14,383 nucleotides of DNA from Eledone cirrhosa (GCA_964016885.1 CAXHJY010000076.1:1-14383), one strand, 5' to 3'. Shown: positions 1 to 14,188, counted from the first letter of the stretch. The notes: generated by a model from the letters alone, not told the origin. Numbers and translations are program-made.

Positions 1-3000
1 ATCACTACCAACAACAACATCACTACCTACAAACAACATCACTACCTACAACAACATCACTACCAACAACAACATCACTACCAACAACAACATCACTACC
101 AACAACACATCACTACCAACAACAACATCACTACCAACAACAACATCACTACCAACAACAACATCACTACCAACAACAACCATCACTACCAACAACAACC
201 ATCACTACCAACAACACATCACTACCAACAACAACATCACTACCACAACAACATCACTACCAACAACACCATCACTACCAACAACAACATCACTACAACA
301 ACAACATCACTACCAACAACAACATCACTACCAACAACAACCATCACTACCAAAACAACATCACTACCACACACAACCATCACTACCAACAACAACCATC
401 ACTACCAACAACATCACTACCAACAACAACATCACTACCAACAACAACATCACTACCAACAACATCACTACCAACAACAACATCACTACCAACAACAACA
501 TCACTACCAACAACATCCTCACTACCAACAACAACATCACTACAATCAACAACATCACTACCAACAACAACATCACTACCAACAACACCATCACTACCAA
601 CAACAACATCACTACCAACAACAACATCACTACCAACAACAACATCACTACCAACAACAACATCACTACCAACAACAACATCACTACCACAACAACATCA
701 CTACCAACAACAACATCACTACCAACAACAACATCACTACCAACAACATCACTACCAACAACAACATCACTACCAACAACAACATCACTACCAACAACAC
801 CATCACTACCAACAACAACATCACTACCAACAACAACATCACTACCAACAACAACATCACTACCAACAACATCACTACCAACAACAACATCACTACCACA
901 ACAACATCACTACCAACAACAACATCACTACCAACACAACATCACTACCAACAACAACATCACTACCAACAACAACATCACTACCAACAACACCATCACT
1001 ACCAACAACAACATCACTACCAACAACAACAACACTACCAACAACAACATCACTACCAACAACACATCACTACCAACACACATCACTACCAACAACAACA
1101 TCACTACCAACAACAACATCACTACCAACAACAACATCACTACCAACAACAACATCACTACCAACAACAACATCACTACCAACAACAACATCACTACCAA
1201 CAACAACATCACTACCAACAACAACATCACTACCAACAACAACATCACTACCAACAACAACCATCACTACCAACAACAACCATCACTACCAACAACAACA
1301 TCACTACCAACAACAACATCACTACCAACAACAACATCACTACCAACACACATCACTACCAACAACAACATCACTACCAACAACAACATCACTACCAACA
1401 ACATCACTACCAACAACAACCATCACTACCAACAACAACATCACTACCAACAACATCACTACCAACAACAACATCACTACCAACAACAACCATCACTACC
1501 AACAACAACATCACCCTACCAACAACAACATCACTACCAACAACATCACTACCAACAACAACCATCACTACCAACAACATCACTACCAACAACAACCATC
1601 ACTACCAACAACAACATCACTACCAACAACATCACTACCAACAACAACATCACTACCAACAACAACATCACTACCAACAACAACATCACTACCAACAACC
1701 ACATCACTACCAACAACAACCATCACTACCAACAACAACATCACTACCACAACAACATCACTACCAACAACAACATCACTACCAACAACAACCATCACTA
1801 CCACACAACATCACTACCAACAACATCACTACCAACAACAACATCACTACCAACAACAACATCACTACCACACAACATCACTACCAACAACAACATCACT
1901 ACCAACAACAACCATCACTACCAACAACAACATCACTACCAACAACAACATCACTACCAACAACAACATCACTACCAACAACAACATCACTACCAACAAC
2001 AACATCACTACCAACAACAACCATCACTACCACAACACATCACACCAACAACAACATCACTACCAACAACAACATCACTACCACAACAACCATCACTACC
2101 AACAACAACATCACTACCAACAACAACATCACTACCACAACAACACACTACCAACAACATCACTACCAACAACAACATCACTACCAACAACAACCATCAC
2201 TACCAACAACAACCATCACTACCAACAACAACCATCACTACCAACAACAACATCACTACCAACAACAACATCACTACCAACAACATCACTACCAACAACA
2301 ACATCACTACCAACAACAACCATCACTACCAACAACAACATCACTACCAACAACAACATCACTACCAACAACAACATCACTACCAACAACAACAACACTA
2401 CCAACAACAACATCACTACCAACAACAACCATCACTACCAACAACAACCATCACTACCAACAACAACATCACTACCAACAACAACATCACTACCAACAAC
2501 AACATCACTACCAACAACATCACTACCAACAACAACCATCACTACCAACAACAACATCACTACCAACAACAACATCACTACCAACAACAACCATCACTAC
2601 CAACAACAACACACCAACAACAACCATCACTACCAACAACAACCATCACTACCAACACACATCACTACCAACAACAACATCACTACCAACAACAACATCA
2701 CTACCAACAACAACATCACTACCACACAACATCACTACCAACAACAACATCACTACCAACAACAACCATCACTACCAACAACATCACTACCAACAACAAC
2801 ATCACTACCAACAACACACACTACCAACAACAACATCACTACCACAACAACATCACTACCAACAACAACATCACTACCAACAACAACATCACTACCAACA
2901 ACAACATCACTACCAACAACAACATCACTACCAACAACAACACACTACCAACAACAACATCACTACCAACAACACCATCACTACCAACAACAACATCACT

Positions 3001-4379
3001 ACCAACAACAACATCACTACCAACAACAACATCACTACCAACAACAACATCACTACCAACAACAACCATCACTACCAACAACAACATCACTACCAACAAC
3101 AACATCACTACCAACAACAACATCACTACCAACAACAACATCACTACCAACAACAACATCACTACCAACAACAACATCACTACCAACAACAACATCACTA
3201 CCAACAACAACCATCACTACCAACAACATCACTACCAACAACAACAACACTACCAACAACACATCACTACCAACAACAACATCACTACCAACAACAACCA
3301 TCACTACCAACAACATCACTACCAACAACAACATCACTACCAACAACACACTACCAACAACAACATCACTACCAACAACAACATCACTACCAACAACACA
3401 TCACTACCAACAACAACATCACTACCAACAACAACATCACTACCAACAACATCACTACCAACAACATCACTACCAACAACAACATCACTACCAACAACAA
3501 CATCACTACCAACACAACATCACACCAACAACAACATCACAACCAACACCAACATCACTACCAACAACAACATCACTACACAACAACATCACTACCAACA
3601 ACAACATCACTACCAACAACAACATCACTACCAACAACACATCACTACCAACAACAACCATCACTACCAACAACAACCATCACTACCAACAACAACATCA
3701 CTACCAACAACAACATCACTACCAACAACACACAACACACAACAACATCACTACCAACAACAACATCACTACCAACAACAACATCACTACCAACAACAAC
3801 ATCACTACCAACAACAACACTACCAACAACAACATCACTACCAACAACAACATCACTACCAACAACAACATCACTACCAACAACATCACTACCAACAACA
3901 ACATCACTACCAACAACAACATCACTACCAACAACAACATCACTACCAACAACACATCACTACCAACAACAACATCACTACCAACAACATCACTACCAAC
4001 AACACATCACTACCAACAACAACATCACTACCAACAACAACATCACTACAACAACAACATCACTACCAACAACAACATCACTACCAACAACAACCATCAC
4101 TACCAACAACAACCATCACTACCAACAACAACCACACTACCAACAACAACATCACTACCACAACAACATCACTACCAACAACACCATCACTACCAACAAC
4201 AACATCACTACCAACAACAACATCACTACCAACAACAACATCACTACCAACAACAACATCACTACCAACAACATCACTACCACAACACCATCACTACCAA
4301 CACAACATCACTACCAACAACAACCATCACTACCAACAAACATCACTACCAACAACAACATCACTACCACAACAACATC

Positions 4380-6030
4380 ACTACCAACAACACACCAACA
4401 CAACACACTACCAACAACAACATCACTACCAACAACACCACTACCACACAACCAACACTACCACACAACACACTACCAACAACATCACTACCAACAACAA
4501 CATCACTACCAACAACAACATCACTACCAACAACAACATCACTACCAACAACAACATCACTACCAACAACAACATCACTACCAACAACAACATCACACCA
4601 ACAACATCACTACCAACAACAACATCACTACCAACAACAACATCACTACCAACAACATCACTACCAACAACAACATCACTACCAACAACAACATCACTAC
4701 CACACAACATCACTACCAACAACAACCACACTACCAACACACACACACCAACAACATCACTACCAACAACAACATCACTACCAACAACAACATCACTACC
4801 AACAACACATCACTACCAACAACAACCATCACTACCAACAACAACAACACTACCAACAACAACATCACCACAACAACATCACTACCAACAACAACCATCA
4901 CTACCAACAACAACCATCACTACCAACAACAACATCACTACCAACAACAACCATCACTACCAACAACAACATCACTACCAACAACAACATCACTACCAAC
5001 AACCACACCAACACAACCACACTACCACACAACACAACCAACAACAACATCACTACCAACAACAACACTACCAACAACAACATCACTACCAACAACAACA
5101 TCACAACCAACAACAACATCACTACCAACAACAACACACTACCAACAACAACACACTACCAACAACAACATCACTACCAACAACAACATCACTACCAACA
5201 ACAACATCACTACCAACAACAACCATCACTACCAACAACAACACACAACCAACAACAACACACTACCAACAACAACCATCACTACCAACAACAACCATCA
5301 CTACCAACAACAACATCACTACCACAACAACACCACTACCAACAACAACACCACCACCAACAACAACACTACCAACAACAACATCACTACCAACAACAAC
5401 ATCACAACAACAACACACCAACAACAACATCACTACCAACAACAACCATCACTACCAACAACAACCATCACTACCAACAACAACATCACTACCAACAACA
5501 ACCATCACTACCAACAACAACCATCACTACCAACAACAACCACACTACCACAACAACCATCACTACCAACAACAACATCACACCAACAACAACATCACTA
5601 CCAACAACACACACCAACACCACCCACAACACAACCACACAACAACAACACAACCACCAACAACATCACTACCAACAACAACATCACAACCAACAACAAC
5701 AACACACCAACAACCCAACCACCAACACAACCAACCAACAACACAACACAACCAACACAACAACACCACCAACACAACACAACCAACAACCAACACTACC
5801 AACAACAACACACTACCAACAACAACACACACCAACACAACCACACTACCAACAACCATCACTACCAACAACAACATCACTACCAACAACAACATCACTA
5901 CCAACAACAACATCACACACAACAACACACCAACAACACACAACCAACAACAACCACACCAACAACAACCATCACTACCAACAACAACACATACACCAAC
6001 AACAACCATCACTACCAACAACAACACACT
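4380..6030. repeat. Degraded, T-depleted segment of the array (worst at about 5600-6000)
   Basis: Units lose the T bases of ATCACT and collapse to irregular A/C sequence, e.g. ACACCAACACCACCCACAACACAACCACAC at 5611-5640. No G is gained. Boundaries are approximate. Confidence 0.8.
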
Positions 6031-9000
6031 ACCACAACAACATCACTACCAACAACAACATCACTACCAACAACAACATCACTACCAACAACATCACTAC
6101 CAACAACAACATCACTACCAACAACAACATCACTACCAACAACAACATCACTACCACAACAACCATCACTACCAACAACAACATCACTACCAACAACAAC
6201 ATCACACCAACAACACCATCACTACCAACAACAACATCACTACCAACAACAACATCACTACCAACAACAACATCACTACCAACAACAACATCACTACCAA
6301 CAACAACACTACCACAACAACATCACTACCAACAACAACATCACTACCAACAACAACCATCACTACCAACAACAACATCACTACCAACAACAACATCACT
6401 ACCAACAACAACCATCACTACCAACAACAACCATCACTACCAACAACAACATCACTACCAACAACAACATCACTACCAACAACATCATCACTACCAACAA
6501 CAACATCACTACCAACAACAACCATCACTACCAACAACAACATCACTACCACAACAACATCACTACCAACAACAACCATCACTACCAACAACAACATCAC
6601 TACCACAACAACCATCACTACAACAACAACATCACTACCAACAACAACATCACTACCAACAACAACACACACCAACAACAACATCACTACCAACAACAAC
6701 ATCACTACCAACAACAACATCACTACCAACAACAACATCACTACCAACAACACATCACTACCAACAACAACCATCACTACCAACAACAACATCACTACCA
6801 ACAACAACATCACTACCAACAACAACATCACTACCAACAACAACATCACTACCAACAACAACATCACTACCAACAACAACATCACTACCAACAACAACAT
6901 CACTACCAACACAACACAACCAACAACATCACTACCAACAACAACCATCACTACCAACAACAACCATCACTACCAACAACAACCATCACTACCAACAACA
7001 ACATCACTACCAACAACAACATCACTACCAACAACAACCATCACTACCAACAACAACATCACTACCAACAACAACATCACTACCAACAACAACATCACTA
7101 CCAACAACAACATCACTACCAACAACAACATCACTACCAACAACAACATCACTACAACAACAACCATCACTACCAACAACAACCATCACTACCAACAACA
7201 ACATCACTACCAACAACAACATCACTACCAACACACATCACTACCAACAACACCATCACTACCAACAACAACATCACTACCAACAACAACATCACTACCA
7301 ACAACATCACTACCAACAACACCATCACTACCAACAACATCACTACCAACAACAACATCACTACCAACAACAACCATCACTACCAACAACATCACTACCA
7401 ACAACAACATCACTACCAACAACACATCACTACCAACAACAACATCACTACCAACAACAACATCACTACCAACAACAACATCACTACCAACAACAACATC
7501 ACTACCAACAACAACATCACTACCAACAACAACATCACTACCAACAACAACATCACTACCAACAACAACCAACACTACCAACAACACCATCACTACCAAC
7601 AACAACATCACTACCAACAACAACATCACTACCAACAACAACATCACTACCAACAACAACATCACTACCAACAACAACATCACTACCAACAACAACATCA
7701 CTACCAACAACAACATCACTACCAACAACAACATCACTACCAACAACAACATCACTACCAACAACAACATCACTACCAACAACAACATCACTACCAACAA
7801 CAACCATCACTACCAACAACAACATCACTACCAACAACAACATCACTACCAACACCAACATCACTACCAACAACAACATCACTACCAACAACAACATCAC
7901 TACCAACAACAACATCACTACCAACAACAACATCACTACCAACAACAACATCACTACCAACAACAACATCACTACCAACAACAACATCACTACCACAACA
8001 ACATCACTACCAACAACAACATCACTACCAACAACAACATCACTACCAACAACAACATCACTACCAACAACAACATCACTACCAACAACATCACTACCAA
8101 CAACAACATCACTACCAACAACAACATCACTACCAACAACAACATCACTACCAACAACAACATCACTACCAACAACAACATCACTACCAACAACAACATC
8201 ACTACCAACAACAACATCACTACCAACAACAACATCACTACCAACACAACACACACCAACAACAACATCACTACCAACAACAACCATCACTACCAACAAC
8301 ATCACTACCAACAACAACATCACTACCAACAACAACATCACTACCAACAACATCACTACCAACAACATCACTACCACACAACATCACTACCAACAACAAC
8401 ATCACTACCAACAACCAACATCACTACCAACAACAACATCACTACCAACAACAACATCACTACCAACAACAACATCACTACCAACAACAACATCACTACC
8501 AACAACAACCATCACTACCAACAACAACCATCACTACCAACAACAACATCACTACCAACAACAACATCACTACCAACAACAACATCACTACCAACAACAT
8601 CACTACCAACAACAACATCACTACCAACAACAACATCACTACCAACAACAACCATCACTACCAACAACAACATCACTACCAACAACAACATCACTACCAA
8701 CAACATCACTACCAACAACAACATCACTACCAACAACAACATCACTACCAACAACATCACTACCAACAACAACATCACTACCAACAACAACATCACTACC
8801 AACAACAACATCACTACCAACAACAACATCACTACCAACAACAACATCACTACCAACAACAACATCACTACCAACAACATCACTACCAACAACAACATCA
8901 CTACCAACAACAACATCACTACCAACAACAACATCACTACCAACAACAACATCACTACCAACAACAACCATCACTACCAACAACAACCATCACTACCAAC

Positions 9001-11759
9001 AACAACCATCACTACCAACAACAACATCACTACCAACAACAACATCACTACCAACAACAACCATCACTACCAACAACAACCATCACTACCAACAACAACA
9101 TCACTACCAACAACAACATCACTACCAACAACAACATCACTACCAACAACAACATCACTACCAACAACAACATCACTACCAACAACAACATCACTACCAA
9201 CAACAACATCACTACCAACAACAACATCACTACCAACAACATCACTACCAACAACATCACTACCAACAACAACATCACTACCAACAACAACATCACTACC
9301 AACAACAACATCACTACCAACAACATCACTACCAACAACAACATCACTACCAACAACAACATCACTACCAACAACAACATCACTACCAACAACAACATCA
9401 CTACCAACAACAACATCACTACCACAACAACATCACTACCAACAACAACATCACTACCAACAACAACATCACTACCAACAACAACATCACTACCAACAAC
9501 AACATCACTACCAACAACAACATCACTACCAACAACAACCATCACTACCAACAACAACATCACTACCAACAACAACATCACTACCAACAACATCACTACC
9601 AACAACAACATCACTACCAACAACAACATCACTACCAACAACAACATCACTACCAACAACAACCATCACTACCAACAACAACCATCACTACCAACAACAA
9701 CATCACTACCAACAACAACATCACTACCAACAACAACCATCACTACCAACAACAACATCACTACCAACAACTACATCACTACCAACAACAACATCACTAC
9801 CAACAACATCACTACCAACAACATCATCACTACCAACAACAACATCACTACCAACAACAACATCACTACCAACAACAACATCACTACCAACAACAACATC
9901 ACTACCAACAACAACCATCACTACCAACAACAACCATCACTACCAACAACAACATCACTACCAACAACAACATCACTACCAACAACAACCATCACTACCA
10001 ACAACAACATCACTACCAACAACTACATCACTACCAACAACATCATTACCAACAACATCACTACCAACAACTACATCACTACCAACAACAACATCATACC
10101 AACAACATCACTACCAACAACAACATCACTACCAACAACAACATCACTACCAACAACAACCATCACTACCAACAACAACATCACTACCAACAACAACATC
10201 ACTACCAACAACAACCATCACTACCAACAACAACATCACTACCAACAACAACATCACTACCAACAACAACCATCACTACCAACAACAACCATCACTACCA
10301 ACAACATCACTACCAACAACATCATCACTACCAACAACAACATCACTACCAACAACATCACTACCAACAACAACCATCACTACCAACAACAACATCACTA
10401 CCAACAACAACCATCACTACCAACAACAACCATCACTACCAACAACATCACTACCAACAACAACATCACTACCAACAACATCACTACCAACAACAACCAT
10501 CACTACCAACAACAACATCACTACCAACAACATCATCACTACCAACAACATCATCACTACCAACAACAACATCACTACCAACAACATCACTGCCAACAAC
10601 AACATCACTACCAACAACAACCATCACTACCAACAACAACATCACTACCAACAACAACATCACTACCAACAACATCATCACTACCAACAACATCATCACT
10701 ACCAACAACATCACTACCAACAACAACCATCACTACCAACAACAACATCACTACCAACAACAACATCACTACCAACAACAACCATCACTACCAACAACAA
10801 CCATCACTACCAACAACATCACTACCAACAACAACATCACTACCAACAACATCACTACCAACAACAACATCACTACCAACAACAACCATCAGTACCAACA
10901 ACAACATCACTACCAACAACATCATCACTACCAACAACATCATCACTACCAACAACAACATCACTACCAACAACATCACTACCAACAACAACATCACTAC
11001 CAACAACAACCATCACTACCAACAACATCACTACCAACAACATCACTACCAATAACAACATCACTACCAACAACAACATCACTACCAACAACAACATCAC
11101 TACCAACAACAACATCACTACCAACAACTACATCACTACCAACAACAACCATCACTACCAACAACAACCATCACTACCAACAACAACATCACTACCAACA
11201 ACAACCATCACTACCAACAACAACCATCACTACCAACAACAACATCACTACCAACAACAACCATCACTACCAACAACAACCATCACTACCAACAACAACA
11301 TCACTACCAACAACAACCATCACTACCAACAACATCACTACCAACAACAACCATCACTACCAACAACAACCATCACTACCAACAACAACATCACTACCAA
11401 CAACAACATCACTACCAACAACAACCATCACTACCAACAACATCACTACCAACAACAACATCACTACCAACAACATCACTACCAACAACAACATCACTAC
11501 CAACAACAACATCACTACCAACAACATCACTACCAACAACAACATCACTACCAACAACATCACTACCAACAACACCATCACTACCAACAACAACATCACT
11601 ACCAACAACATCATCACTACCAACAACAACATCACTACCAACAACAACCATCACTACCAACAACATCACTACCAACAACATCACTACCAACAACAACATC
11701 ACTACCAACAACAACATCACTACCAACAACAACCATCACTACCAACAACAACATCACTA

Positions 11760-13891
11760 CCAACAACAACCATCACTACCAACAACAACATCACAACCAA
11801 CAACAACATCACTACCAACAACAACATCACTACCAACAACAACATCACTACCAACAACAACCATCACTACCAACAACAACCATCACTACCAACAACAACC
11901 ATCACTACCAACAACAACCATCACTACCAACAACAACCATCACTACCAACAACAACCATCACTACCAACAACAACATCACAACCAACAACAACATCACTA
12001 CCAACAACAACCATCACTACCAACAACAACATCACTACCAACAACAACCATCACTACCAACAACAACATCACTACCAACAACAACCATCACTACCAACAA
12101 CAACCATCACTACCAACAACAACATCACTACCAACAACATCACTACCAACAACAACCATCACTACCAACAACAACCATCACTACCAACAACAACCATCAC
12201 TACCAACAACAACATCACTACCAACAACATCACTACCAACAACAACCATCACTACCAACAACAACCATCACTACCAACAACATCACTACCAACAACAACA
12301 TCACTACCAACAACATCACTACCAACAACAACCATCACTACCAACAACAACATCACTACCAACAACATCACTACCAACAACAACATCACTACCAACAACA
12401 ACCATCACTACCAACAACAACCATCACTACCAACAACAACCATCACTACCAACAACAACATCACTATCAACAACAACCATCACTACCAACAACAACCATC
12501 ACTACCAACAACAACATCACTACCAACAACATCACTACCAACAACAACCATCACTACCAACAACAACCATCACTACCAACAACATCACTACCAACAACAA
12601 CATCACTACCAACAACAACCATCACTACCAACAACAACCATCACTACCAACAACAACCATCACTACCAACAACAACATCACTATCAACAACAACCATCAC
12701 TACCAACAACAACATCACTACCAACAACAACCATCACTACCAACAACAACATCACTACCAACAACAACCATCACTACCAACAACAACCATCACTACCAAC
12801 AACAACCATCACTACCAACAACAACCATCACTACCAACAACAACATCACTACCAACAACAACCATCACTACCAACAACAACCATCACTACCAACAACAAC
12901 ATCACTATCAACAACAACCATCACTACCAACAACAACCATCACTACCAACAACAACATCACTACCAACAACAACCATCACTACCAACAACAACATCACTA
13001 CCAACAACAACCATCACTACCAACAACAACCATCACTACCAACAACAACCATCACTACCAACAACAACCATCACTACCAACAACAACATCACTACCAACA
13101 ACAACCATCACTACCAACAACAACCATCACTACCAACAACAACATCACTATCAACAACAACCATCACTACCAACAACAACCATCACTACCAACAACAACA
13201 TCACTACCAACAACAACCATCACTACCAACAACAACCATCACTACCAACAACAACATCACTATCAACAACAACCATCACTACCAACAACAACCATCACTA
13301 CCAACAACAACATCACTACCAACAACAACCATCACTACCAACAACAACATCACTATCAACAACAACCATCACTACCAACAACAACCATCACTACCAACAA
13401 CAACCATCACTACCAACAACAACCATCACTGCCAACAACAACCATCACTACCAACAACAACCATCACTACCAACAACAACCATCACTACCAACAACAACC
13501 ATCACTACCAACAACAACCATCACTACCAACAACAACCATCACTACCAACAACATCACTACCAACAACAACCATCACTACCAACAACAACCATCACTACC
13601 AACAACAACATCACTACCAACAACAACCATCACTACCAACAACAACCATCACTACCAACAACAACATCACTACCAACAACAACCATCACTACCAACAACA
13701 ACCATCACTACCAACAACAACCATCACTACCAACAACAACCATCACTACCAACAACAACATCACTACCAACAACAACCATCACTACCAACAACAACCATC
13801 ACTACCAACAACAACCATCACTACCAACAACAACCATCACTACCAACAACAACCATCACTACCAACAACAACATCACTATCAACAACAACC
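11760..13891. repeat. Flank-proximal subdomain of the array dominated by the 19-bp variant
   Basis: Runs of consecutive ...AACAACAACCATCACTACC... units (e.g. about 11860-11960, 13360-13540, 13780-13855), whereas 18-mers dominate further left. The left boundary is gradual and approximate. Confidence 0.85.
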
Positions 13892-13914
13892 ATCATTATC
13901 ATTCCTATCATCAT
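13892..13914. repeat. Degenerate (ATC)n-like microsatellite at the array/flank junction
   Basis: ATCATTATCATTCCTATCATCAT directly follows the last unit and begins in phase with the unit's ATC start. Confidence 0.6.
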
Positions 13915-14010
13915 AAACTTAACATTTACTGATGAAAGGTTTCAATATTAGCAGCCAAGACAAATTTATTATACATACCCAGTTAACTGGGACTTCAGGC
14001 TTTCCTTCTT

Positions 14011-14188
14011 GTGGCATAAACGTGGTTGGTGTTAGGAAGGGCATCCAGCCATAGAAAGCCTGCCAGATAGTCCTATATGAGCGAGACATGGTCACCCGAC
14101 CAACCTTGCCTCAATTGGGACAACTCCCGTCTAACCCATGCTAGTGTGGAAAATGGATGTTAAACGAAGATGATGATGAGATGATGAT
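14011..14188 (+). mobile_element. Truncated, diverged non-autonomous retroposon (SINE-like, RTE-LINE-related) with (GAT)n tail
   Basis: Contains GTGGTTGGTGTTAGGAAGGGCATCCAGCCATAGAAA (14022-14057), which I recognise from memory as a motif of RTE 5'-UTR-derived SINE bodies. The 3' end AACCCATGCTAGTGTGGAAAATGGATGTTAAACGAAGATGATGATG has a short imperfect stem-loop (14136-14149) then a trinucleotide tail, as is typical for RTE-clade 3' ends. No tRNA-like head or target-site duplication was identified. The 5' boundary is approximate and no database search was run. Confidence 0.7.

Larger units (their letters stand above)
1..13891. repeat. Long tandem minisatellite/satellite array, consensus ATCACTACCAACAACAAC (18 bp), about 770 copies, truncated by the left window edge
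   Basis: Seen directly: head-to-tail copies with no unique spacers. Unit composition is A9 C7 T2 G0. Main variants are the 19-mer ATCACTACCAACAACAACC and the 15-mer ATCACTACCAACAAC. I found only three G bases (10592, 10892, 13431). The last full unit is 13873-13891. Copy number is estimated as length divided by 18. Confidence 0.98.

Noticed and set aside
364-11732. Dozens of minus-strand ORFs encoding (LLLVVM)n and (VVVGSD)n
   Set aside because: They are direct translations of the satellite. They switch between the two peptides at unit indels and mostly end when they reach the third frame (TGG TAG TGA). They have no unique domains, and overlapping frames are equally open.
1-13891. CRISPR array
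   Set aside because: Units are head-to-tail with no unique spacers, no palindromic repeat and no cas genes.
11760-13891. G-quadruplex potential of the minus strand
   Set aside because: Only GG doublets separated by 7-8 nt or more are present, with no regular GGG tracts, so a stable canonical G4 is not supported.
14032-14036. TTAGG pentamer resembling a telomeric motif
   Set aside because: A single copy inside the retroposon motif, not tandem.
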